Shown here in pieces: positions 18,027-26,451 of a stretch of DNA of 64,000 bases. Each line of letters opens with the position of its first letter. Position 1 is the first letter of the stretch. Source of the DNA: a virus; the IMG/VR virus record IMGVR_UViG_3300028392_000030, positions 64,001 through 128,000 of that record, one strand, 5' to 3'. A program made the position numbers and the translations under genes. Below the pieces are notes generated by a model. The model saw nothing but the letters and a program-made list of their open reading frames with translations, was not told the DNA's origin and made no database searches.

Positions 18027-18691
18027 AAGCGACCCTAGTTTCGTCCAGCCAACCTAGCGCAGAATTAGCAGCCCAGGGCATAGTCAATGCTCAAGAATTG
18101 GTTGCTTACTGCGCTAGGGTTAGCAATCCTGCCAATCAAACCAATACTGACACCAGCGAGAAGCTGATACGTTATCTTATCAAACATGCTCATTGGAGCC
18201 CACTTGAAATGGTTTCGGCCTGCATAGAAATTGAAACCACTAGAGATATTGCTAGACAGATCCTTAGACATCGTAGTTTCAGCTTCCAAGAGTTCAGTCA
18301 ACGATATGCTGTAGCAGATCTTGGGTTTGAGTTCAAAGAAACTCGCTTACAAGATACCAAGAACAGACAAAACAGTTTGGCCACAGATGATCCAGAATTG
18401 GATCAATGGTGGCAAGCACAACAGGGATTTGTTAGCACTCATATAAATATGATATACAACAAAGCCATTGAGCTGGGCATTGCCAAAGAACAAGCTAGAG
18501 CTATCTTACCCGAGGGTATCACTACCAGCAGACTTTATATGCAAGGTACACTACGTAGCTGGTTACACTATATTGAATTGCGATCTGGGCCGGAAACCCA
18601 AAAAGAACATAGACTGGTAGCTCAAGCCTGCGCCGCTGCTTTAGAAAGAATCTTTCCAATGGTTAAAGAATTCGTTGCAAACGATCAATAA
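18023..18691 (+). CDS. thyX: FAD-dependent thymidylate synthase ThyX
   Basis: AHWSPLE, RQILRHRSFSFQEFSQRY signature, TQKEHR. Confidence 0.95.
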   Translation: MKATLVSSSQPSAELAAQGIVNAQELVAYCARVSNPANQTNTDTSEKLIRYLIKHAHWSPLEMVSACIEIETTRDIARQILRHRSFSFQEFSQRYAVADLGFEFKETRLQDTKNRQNSLATDDPELDQWWQAQQGFVSTHINMIYNKAIELGIAKEQARAILPEGITTSRLYMQGTLRSWLHYIELRSGPETQKEHRLVAQACAAALERIFPMVKEFVANDQ

Positions 18692-18703
18692 ACCTGTTAT
18701 ACT
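18675..18703 (+). promoter_or_regulatory. sigma70-type promoter with extended -10
   Basis: TTGCAA (18675-18680), 17 bp, TGt-TATACT (18698-18703); ATG 6 nt later. Confidence 0.65.
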
Positions 18704-18709
18704 ACTAGT

Positions 18710-19183
18710 ATGATATTCAACCACATACGTAAACTCAAAGAAGATGGTAAGAAAATCGGTATCACCTTTTCTACCTTTGACATGCTCCACGCAGGCCACA
18801 TTGCCATGTTAGCCGAAGCTAAGAATCATTGCGATTATTTGATCTGTGGCTTGCAAACAGATCCTACAATTGATAGACCCGACACTAAGAACAAACCGGT
18901 TCAGAGTATTGTAGAACGACAAATTCAATTGGCTGCTTGTCGTTATGTAGATGAAGTAGTAGTGTATCAAACAGAACAAGACTTAGTTGACTTGTTGTTA
19001 ATACTTCCTTTAGACATACGAGTGCTAGGAGTGGAATATCAAGACAAAGAGTTCACTGGCAGAGAAGAATGTTATATGCGTAACATTGAACTGGTGTTTA
19101 ACGGCCGTGACCATAGTTTCAGTTCTAGCAGTCTACGTAAACGTGTAGTAGAAGCAGAAACTGTCAAGCTACTTAAACAATAG
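18710..19183 (+). CDS. cytidylyltransferase (TagD/RfaE-like, HIGH superfamily)
   Basis: TFSTFDMLHAGH, SIVER, VDEV, SFSSSSLR. Confidence 0.85.
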   Translation: MIFNHIRKLKEDGKKIGITFSTFDMLHAGHIAMLAEAKNHCDYLICGLQTDPTIDRPDTKNKPVQSIVERQIQLAACRYVDEVVVYQTEQDLVDLLLILPLDIRVLGVEYQDKEFTGREECYMRNIELVFNGRDHSFSSSSLRKRVVEAETVKLLKQ

Positions 19184-19184
19184 C

Positions 19185-19514
19185 ATGAGTTTGACTCAAC
19201 CCGACGAGGATAATAAGTTATTTCAAGCACCTGAATGGAAGTTGATTGATGGTAAAGTAGTAAAAATATCCGATGTTAAAGTCCACGAATTTAATATGGG
19301 CGATGTTGAAGATCCAGACTTATATGCCGCCCAACCCTTGTACGAATGGCAACAAAGCGAAGCTGGTAAGTGGGTAATGGAGAATGCTGTCGTAACTCCG
19401 TTCTGGCACCGTACGACAGATCTGTATAATTATGGATACAAATACTATGTCATTGCTCGTTTAAAAGAGCAAGATCAAACTTATTGGACATTAAAATGGC
19501 AAAAAAAATCTTAG
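19185..19514 (+). CDS. hypothetical phage protein with C-terminal W-x-L-K-W motif
   Basis: GDVEDPDLYAA; ends DQTYWTLKWQ. Confidence 0.7.
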   Translation: MSLTQPDEDNKLFQAPEWKLIDGKVVKISDVKVHEFNMGDVEDPDLYAAQPLYEWQQSEAGKWVMENAVVTPFWHRTTDLYNYGYKYYVIARLKEQDQTYWTLKWQKKS

Positions 19515-20461
19515 TAACCGGAGGCTTAGGCCTTATTGGACACAACATTGTTCAGCGTCTTGAAGCGCAAGGACACGAAGTCTATATAACAGATATAAAG
19601 ACCAACTACGGACTGGTTCCACAAGAGGAACTGGATTATTTGTTAGTGGAACGGCGTAAAAAGATCGCAACAACCAGAATTCATGCAGTCGACATTGCAG
19701 ATCGAGACGGTATTGATTGGTTAGTCAATCACTACAAGCCAGATACTATACTACATTTGGCCAGTTTCCCAAGACAGAAAGTAGTTAATGTAAATCCGCA
19801 GATAGGCAGTAGAACAATGAGTGAAGGCCTACTTAACCTGCTGGAAGCCGCAAAGAAACACGCAGTAGGTAAATTTGTCTACATCAGTAGTTCAATGGTG
19901 TATGGTGACTTTGATAATGATGTTACGGAAGACGCGGCATGTCGGCCACAAGGTCAGTATGGTATTATGAAATTAGCTGGAGAATGGTTGGTCAAAGACT
20001 ATGCTCGTAGAACCGACATGAGCTACATGATCATACGACCCAGTGCTGTTTACGGTCCGCTTGATGTGGAGGATCGTGTTATTAGCAAATTCATTCTTGC
20101 TGCCATGCGTGATGGAGTAATACGAGTAAACGGTGCAAATGAAACCCTGGACTTTACCTATGTGGATGATGCTGCTGATGGCATTGTTGCGGCCACCGTA
20201 AGTGAACATAAGAACAAAACATATAACATTACCAAGAGCCATTCCAAGACCCTGTTAGAAGCCGCTCAATTGGCTGTTAAAATTGTGGGTCAAGGTACAA
20301 TAGAAGTGCGTGACAAAGATGCAGACTTTCCTAGTCGTGGAGCATTAAACATCAATGCGGCACGACAAGACTTAGGATTCAACCCTAAGGTTGATATCGA
20401 CGAAGGATTTCAAATATACTACAAATGGCTTAAAAATAGCGTTTACTGGAGCAATAAATGA
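19496..20461 (+). CDS. NAD-dependent NDP-sugar epimerase/dehydratase (extended SDR)
   Basis: LVTGGLGLIG, HLAS, ISSSMVYG, YGIMK, VYGP, DFTYVDD. Confidence 0.9.
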   Translation: MAKKILVTGGLGLIGHNIVQRLEAQGHEVYITDIKTNYGLVPQEELDYLLVERRKKIATTRIHAVDIADRDGIDWLVNHYKPDTILHLASFPRQKVVNVNPQIGSRTMSEGLLNLLEAAKKHAVGKFVYISSSMVYGDFDNDVTEDAACRPQGQYGIMKLAGEWLVKDYARRTDMSYMIIRPSAVYGPLDVEDRVISKFILAAMRDGVIRVNGANETLDFTYVDDAADGIVAATVSEHKNKTYNITKSHSKTLLEAAQLAVKIVGQGTIEVRDKDADFPSRGALNINAARQDLGFNPKVDIDEGFQIYYKWLKNSVYWSNK

Positions 20462-21477
20462 TCAATTCAAACTTTGGATTTACACCTCTTCGTGAAGTAT
20501 GGCTAGGCGACTGTTACCCTGAATCGTATTACGATCATTTACCAAATGAAATTGCCGACCCATTTAGACAAATAACTGCATGGACCAAAGAAGATACCGG
20601 CCGGTTACAGACATTCTTAGAGTCCAGAGGAATTGTAGTCAGGCGCCCTGTGTTTGACAGCATAGATAATCATGTCACCGATAATGGTACTTTGTCAAAA
20701 CCGCCAGTGACTCCGAGAGATGATTATTTGGTGTTAGATAAAACTCTATATAGTTTACATAATAAATTAAAAATTGATCCATGGAATCATTGGCTAAACT
20801 ATTATAAAGAACAAGGATTTGATATAAAAAAACCCAAGCATAAACCTATAAATTGTTTGTCTCCGCCATCGCTAGTGCGACTAGGAAAAGATATAATTGT
20901 AGATGCCGACACTCATAAACATGTTTGGGGGTATGTTTGTGAATGTTTAGTCAGTCAGTTTGGACGTAAATATAGAGTTAATATATGCAACACTAACGGA
21001 CACAGTGATGGCGTTTTTTGTCCGGTTGCACCTGGATTGATTGCATCAACGCATTATAAAACTGATTATAGTCAAAGTTTTCCTGGGTGGGAAGTGTTTA
21101 AAATTCCCGAAACTTTAGGTAATTGGGGTCATCCAAAAAATTGGTTGGCCGACGATGCTGCCATAGACGGAAATAAAGCATTTGACCAACATCTACAAAC
21201 AACGGCAAAAGATTGGGTGGGTAATTTTAAAGAAACAGTATTTGAAGTTAATATGCTAGTGCTGGATGAAAAGAATGTTGTGGCCATGAAAGACTATCCT
21301 CCATTAACTCAGTGGCTAGACGAACGTGGTATTACTGTTCATTTTTTTGACCTACGAACTAGAAGTTTCTGGGATGGCGGGTGGCATTGCTTTACATTAG
21401 ATATACACAGAGAAGATACTCAAACAGATTTATTTCCTGAACGTGGTGAAAACGGTGTATATTGGAGGTTGAGTTGA
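20458..21477 (+). CDS. amidinotransferase-family protein, paralog 2
   Basis: PLREVWLG, TPRD, GHSDGVF, FEVNMLVLDEKNV, FWDGGWHCFT. Confidence 0.8.
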   Translation: MINSNFGFTPLREVWLGDCYPESYYDHLPNEIADPFRQITAWTKEDTGRLQTFLESRGIVVRRPVFDSIDNHVTDNGTLSKPPVTPRDDYLVLDKTLYSLHNKLKIDPWNHWLNYYKEQGFDIKKPKHKPINCLSPPSLVRLGKDIIVDADTHKHVWGYVCECLVSQFGRKYRVNICNTNGHSDGVFCPVAPGLIASTHYKTDYSQSFPGWEVFKIPETLGNWGHPKNWLADDAAIDGNKAFDQHLQTTAKDWVGNFKETVFEVNMLVLDEKNVVAMKDYPPLTQWLDERGITVHFFDLRTRSFWDGGWHCFTLDIHREDTQTDLFPERGENGVYWRLS

Positions 21478-22559
21478 ATGGCTTAAAGATTCCGTTCACT
21501 GGTCTCAAAAAGCAGTATAACACACTACGAACAGAAATACTGGATGTTACAGATGAAGTCCTGCGTAGTGGACAACTCATGCAGGGCAATTATACCGCTG
21601 AGTTTGAAGCGTGGTTGGCCAAACGAAATCATTCTAGTTATGCCGTAACTTGTCACTCAGGTAGTCAAGCATTAGAAATAATTGCTGAGTTTTATCGAGT
21701 CCAATCCAGTGTAAACCCACCCAGAGTAGTTGTTCCGTCAATGACCTATGTGGCCACGGCCAATGCATTTATACGTGCCGGGTGGGAAGTATACATTGCT
21801 GACACTGACTCGCACGGTATTTTAAACACGCAAAAGATACCACAGGATCTCAGTGTGCAGGCCACAGTGTTGGTTGGTCTATACGGTGCCGCAGTCAATG
21901 CCAATCAATTCTGGGCTACAGACCTTGTGATCGAAGATGGCGCCCAACATTGGCTCAGCAACAAGTGTGCTAGAATTGGTTCAGCCACAGCTATCAGTTT
22001 CGATCCAATGAAAAATCTCAATGCTTACGGCAATGGTGGTGCTGTGGTCACTGATGACCAAGCGTTAGCATGGTTTGCACGAGAGTGGATCAATAATGGC
22101 AAACCCGGACATGCCACGATAGGAACCAACAGTAGAATGAGTGAGACCGAGTGCGGCCAAATGATGGTCAAGACTCGTTACATAGATGCATGGCAACTGC
22201 GTCGTAAGACCATTGCGGCTTATTGGATAGAACGACTAAAGAAGTCCGGCATTAGAACACTAATCAATGACAGCAATTTTGAAACACATTGCTACCACAA
22301 GTTTGTTATCGATGTAGACAATCGTGACATCGTAGCACGTAACCTAGCCATCAAAGGTATCGAAACAAAGGTACATTACAAAGAGCCCTTGCACGAGTTG
22401 CCTGCTTATACTCGTTATCCCGGACCCGACCTGTTGAGTTCTGCCAGTGCCCTGGCACGTAGAGTATTGAGTTTGCCTATCTATCCCGAGCTAACGGATC
22501 TAGAAGTTGAATACGTTATTGATGCTGTGTTAGATTGCGCTTCAGCAAAGCATAGCTAG
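21474..22559 (+). CDS. DegT/DnrJ/EryC1/StrS-family PLP sugar aminotransferase
   Basis: SGSQAL, TYVATAN, IEDGAQ, SFDPMKNL (PLP lysine), GNGG, LSLPIYP. TTG 21474 follows a GGAGG SD. Confidence 0.9.
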   Translation: MNGLKIPFTGLKKQYNTLRTEILDVTDEVLRSGQLMQGNYTAEFEAWLAKRNHSSYAVTCHSGSQALEIIAEFYRVQSSVNPPRVVVPSMTYVATANAFIRAGWEVYIADTDSHGILNTQKIPQDLSVQATVLVGLYGAAVNANQFWATDLVIEDGAQHWLSNKCARIGSATAISFDPMKNLNAYGNGGAVVTDDQALAWFAREWINNGKPGHATIGTNSRMSETECGQMMVKTRYIDAWQLRRKTIAAYWIERLKKSGIRTLINDSNFETHCYHKFVIDVDNRDIVARNLAIKGIETKVHYKEPLHELPAYTRYPGPDLLSSASALARRVLSLPIYPELTDLEVEYVIDAVLDCASAKHS

Positions 22560-24318
22560 CCAACCAGGCCCAGTCGTAGCTCTTTTTAAGCTCGGCAAAA
22601 TCTCCACCAACCGCATCATAATACTCAAGAGCATCTTGGGCACCTATACTGCTCCACTGAGCATTGGCTCCTTCACCATTGGTGCACCAACGATTGAGTC
22701 TATATTGACTTTCAACGTCATCGCTACTTTTTAACTTTAACACTTCACGGAACGCCGTGCGCCACGCCATCCATGGTGTATCGGCGTATTCAGCTGTGCC
22801 GCTTAATACAGGAACTACTTCATGGGCGCTATCCAATGTAAAGTCTAGACCTACACCAGTATTGCTCAATACCAATTCTCGATTATAAGCAATCATTGCC
22901 TGGTGACCGTATGTCAGACCATTGGTAGGATTAAATGCGTGGAATATATAATGCTTGGGCTCCTGTAGTCGGTCTGGTTGCCATGCCCAATCAAACGTTG
23001 GATTTACTCGTAATTTAGCAAACACAGCAAAGAACCAAGGTGTTTGACTTAATTCTGCGGCTGCTTGGTATGCAGCAACACGACCGTTGACGCCGCTACT
23101 GCGATGCACCCTGTTTAGTAAATTGTAGGTCTCACTGTTAAGGTGTGTAAAGTTAACCTCGGCTCGTGGTTCTCCGTTGTCGATAAACACAATATCTAAA
23201 GGCTCGTCTGTTGACATATGACGCTGTGTGCGATCTATGTAGGGATAATCGTAAGCCTGCGTCTTTATATATGGAACTGCTGTCTTGGGCACAACGACTC
23301 GGCTGGCACCGGCGCTTAAAGGCACAATGGTCTTGGTCTTTTCTCGCCATAGCGGAACTGTAGGTATCTCCCCTACGCTATCGTCTGTGCTGAACACTGC
23401 CAGTGGACCTGGCCAGTCCATAGTTTTAATTGCCGCCACATGAGTATCATATGTATGTTGTATAACGGGCAAGGGTCTGCGTGGCACACCAGGACCAACA
23501 AAGTTTACATCATACCAATCCAACAGTTCAAATTGTCCTATACGACGTTTAAAGCTGGGCACATGCATATAGAATGTATCACCAAACTTTTCTCCAGAAC
23601 TGGCAAATACATGTAACATGGTATTTTGCCATAGCTCTGGATGCCAGCTAAAATCAAACGTGGTATAATCACAACAGCTACTTACAATCCAAATATACTC
23701 GTGTTCCGAAGTATTGGCAATTCTAGTTAGGATATCTTTGTAGTTGTCAAAGTAACGCACAGTGGCAACAACACCTGGCACTTGGCCAGCATTGCCATCC
23801 ATATGGTTAATTTCAACTATGGGCGTTGCGTTTGATTTAGCACTGCCCTTGACTTGATCGCAAAATTTTAAATCTGTTGCTCCAGGTAAAATATACTGTG
23901 GGCCACCGGTACGTTGATGCTGTGTGCCAAATTGGTATATGTAACCGGGTTCAGTAGGGTCCGGGTGCCACGACCAATCAAAACTGCCGGTATCAAAGTT
24001 GTCAGGAACTTTCCACGAATATAAATCCGGCAGTCGTTTTAGTATCGAGTCTTTTCTGTAGTTAGTTTCTGTATAGCCCGATTTAGGAACTAGATATGTT
24101 TCTGCATCCTTTTGCCACTGACTAGGCCATGCATGACGTTGGTGCGATTCCCAGGGCACAGGCTCATATAAAAAATCAAACTCTGTATAGTCAGTTAAAT
24201 AGTTGGTCCACCAAAAATACCTAGTACGACTCAACTCCCTAGCATGATCAATACTATCAGCCTGTTGCTCATGAGCAAATCGATTTGGTTTTGTTCCAGA
24301 ATAAAATACGTCAAACAT
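22516..24318 (-). CDS. glycosyltransferase-like protein with internal FD(F/W)xW(H/E)P repeats
   Basis: C-terminal DIVFI..GE...GVNGRVAAYQAAA...AWRTAFRE is homologous to 43009-43941; three N-terminal repeats. Confidence 0.55.
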   Translation of the reverse strand: MFDVFYSGTKPNRFAHEQQADSIDHARELSRTRYFWWTNYLTDYTEFDFLYEPVPWESHQRHAWPSQWQKDAETYLVPKSGYTETNYRKDSILKRLPDLYSWKVPDNFDTGSFDWSWHPDPTEPGYIYQFGTQHQRTGGPQYILPGATDLKFCDQVKGSAKSNATPIVEINHMDGNAGQVPGVVATVRYFDNYKDILTRIANTSEHEYIWIVSSCCDYTTFDFSWHPELWQNTMLHVFASSGEKFGDTFYMHVPSFKRRIGQFELLDWYDVNFVGPGVPRRPLPVIQHTYDTHVAAIKTMDWPGPLAVFSTDDSVGEIPTVPLWREKTKTIVPLSAGASRVVVPKTAVPYIKTQAYDYPYIDRTQRHMSTDEPLDIVFIDNGEPRAEVNFTHLNSETYNLLNRVHRSSGVNGRVAAYQAAAELSQTPWFFAVFAKLRVNPTFDWAWQPDRLQEPKHYIFHAFNPTNGLTYGHQAMIAYNRELVLSNTGVGLDFTLDSAHEVVPVLSGTAEYADTPWMAWRTAFREVLKLKSSDDVESQYRLNRWCTNGEGANAQWSSIGAQDALEYYDAVGGDFAELKKSYDWAWLASYALLKRNLTQHQ

Positions 24319-25435
24319 GATTAGAATAGATGAAATTTACAACCATACATTTTGGCCTTGGTTTAGAGACAACCGGCCCGGAACCAGACTGTTCTTTTGT
24401 GATCCACCTGGCAATACCAGCCCAGACGCTTTATTTAACTTGGGCACAGACAGCATAGTAGAAAACGACTATGTGTTTATGCATGATCAAGAACCGATAC
24501 ATTTGGATACGTTTGAGTCATTATTCAATGAGGTAATGAGGAGAAATACCGATGTTTGGTGGCCAAATAAACCAACTCCTTTTGGGCACATTGTAGTAAG
24601 CGAACGCGGCGAGTATGTGGAAGAACTTTGTAAAAAATATGAGTGGACTCCGCATTATTATTTCTATCACGGGTGGGCATGTTTGGATTGGTTTCGCGGG
24701 TATGACCGAACATTTTTAATTGCCAGAGCACGTGATCGTCGGCCTACTAGAACTTTCATGAGTCCCAATCGTATTGTGGCAGGCAAGCGTGATCATCGTG
24801 TGTTGTTTTTATACAATGTCTTTAAACAAGGACTAGGAAACAATCATATTAGCGCACCCAGGATATGCCAATACGAACGTGTGGATATATCTAGTATAGC
24901 ACAAAAATATAAGAATGTATACCAGGACATTGCCGATGTGTTTGATCGTGCAGAACTTCCTAGACTATTTGCCGGAGAAGCTCAACAGGAAATGCACAGT
25001 TATCAATTGGGTAATTTTGTTGAGGCTCAAGATAGTTTAGTATATGTGCCAACCGAAACTGTTTACTTTGGGCGTAGGACTCATTTGACTGAAAAGACAT
25101 TCAAGGCCATAGCGTTGGAAATGCCGTTTGTGTTGGTAGCTCCGGCAGAGAGTTTGAGTTATCTTAGAGAATATGGCTTTCGAACATTTGCAGATGTATT
25201 TGATGAAAGCTATGACATCGAAACTGATGATATTCGCCGCATTGAAAAAGTTACACAGTTACTAAAAGACTTAAATAATTTGTCTCTGGCAGAAAGACAA
25301 CGAATACATCAGGCCTGTTTGCCCATAGTTGAGCATAATTATAATCATTTTTATTCAGGTGCATTTGCTAATCGATTATGGACGGAATTAAATCAAATGT
25401 TAACAAAATTTACCATACAAAAAGGACCACAATGA
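24317..25435 (+). CDS. glycosyltransferase-like protein (ET...TEKxxK family)
   Basis: VPTET...LTEKTFKA...PFVL...GFRTFADVFDESYD. Confidence 0.55.
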   Translation: MIRIDEIYNHTFWPWFRDNRPGTRLFFCDPPGNTSPDALFNLGTDSIVENDYVFMHDQEPIHLDTFESLFNEVMRRNTDVWWPNKPTPFGHIVVSERGEYVEELCKKYEWTPHYYFYHGWACLDWFRGYDRTFLIARARDRRPTRTFMSPNRIVAGKRDHRVLFLYNVFKQGLGNNHISAPRICQYERVDISSIAQKYKNVYQDIADVFDRAELPRLFAGEAQQEMHSYQLGNFVEAQDSLVYVPTETVYFGRRTHLTEKTFKAIALEMPFVLVAPAESLSYLREYGFRTFADVFDESYDIETDDIRRIEKVTQLLKDLNNLSLAERQRIHQACLPIVEHNYNHFYSGAFANRLWTELNQMLTKFTIQKGPQ

Positions 25436-26451
25436 TCAGCAGTTATACCAGTTGGCAACCACTTGAAGAAGTCATAGTAGGACGAGCCTATACTCCAGAC
25501 TATTTTGATTTTATTGACAACGCACAAGTGCGTAATCAGTTACAACAAATATTAGCCGAGACTGATGAAGATCTTAACAACCTCCAACGCACTATAGAAC
25601 AATACGGTGCAAAGGTCCTTAGACCTACACTGATGTCCAAACAAAATTTTGAACGCCTACAGATTACCGACGACGGTGCACCGTTGCCGCCGCTGACTCC
25701 AAGAGATTGGCAAATTAGTTTAGGACAAAAATTATTGCGTGTCCTTGAAATGCAGGAACTAGACGAAATTTGCGACAAATACTCAGACCAAGTTGTTAAC
25801 CCGCACAAAAACAATTATGATTCAGACTGTATCTTAAACGGCGCCAGTGCCAGTTGTATTGTGCGTGTAGGACGTGATGTGTTCTTTGACAACAGTGATT
25901 ACTTGCGACCCGAGCAAACACGCTGGATCGTAGATAACGTATTAGGACCAGACTATCGCATACACGAAGCTGTGACAGATGGTCACGGTGATGCTGTATT
26001 TGCTATCCTTAAGCCCGGAGTTATATTAAGCAGCAAACACGACATGCATTTACACTTAGCCGAGGACTTTCCGGGTTGGGAAGTTTGTAAAGTTTGGGAT
26101 TCAAGCATCTGGGCTGCAATGGAAGTGGGCAAATTTAAATACACTGCCAATCCTGGCGCTTGGTATGTTCAGGGACAAACTCCTACAGCAGAGTTTACCA
26201 GTTTTGTAGATACCTACTTGAACAAATGGACAGGGTTTGTAGCCGAAACAGTGTTTGATGTCAACTGTTTGGTACTGGATGAAGAAAATGTTATCTTCAG
26301 TGCGTATAATAAACCCGTGTTTGATTTTTGTAAAAAGCACCGAATCAATCCTATCATAAGTGAACTACGACACAGTTACTTTTGGGATGGTGGTATCAGT
26401 TGTTGCACACAAGACCTGCGACGCAGAGGCGGATTAGAAACTTATCTATGA
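25432..26451 (+). CDS. amidinotransferase-family protein, paralog 3
   Basis: SYTSWQPLEEVIVGRA, TPRD, GHGDAVF, FDVNCLVLDEENV, FWDGGISCCT...RRRGGLETYL. Confidence 0.85.
   Translation: MISSYTSWQPLEEVIVGRAYTPDYFDFIDNAQVRNQLQQILAETDEDLNNLQRTIEQYGAKVLRPTLMSKQNFERLQITDDGAPLPPLTPRDWQISLGQKLLRVLEMQELDEICDKYSDQVVNPHKNNYDSDCILNGASASCIVRVGRDVFFDNSDYLRPEQTRWIVDNVLGPDYRIHEAVTDGHGDAVFAILKPGVILSSKHDMHLHLAEDFPGWEVCKVWDSSIWAAMEVGKFKYTANPGAWYVQGQTPTAEFTSFVDTYLNKWTGFVAETVFDVNCLVLDEENVIFSAYNKPVFDFCKKHRINPIISELRHSYFWDGGISCCTQDLRRRGGLETYL

Noticed and set aside
22516-22559. Convergent 3' overlaps (44 nt here, 17 nt at 27679-27695) as antisense regulators
   Set aside because: Short tail-to-tail overlaps are common in compact phage genomes, and there is no additional structure.
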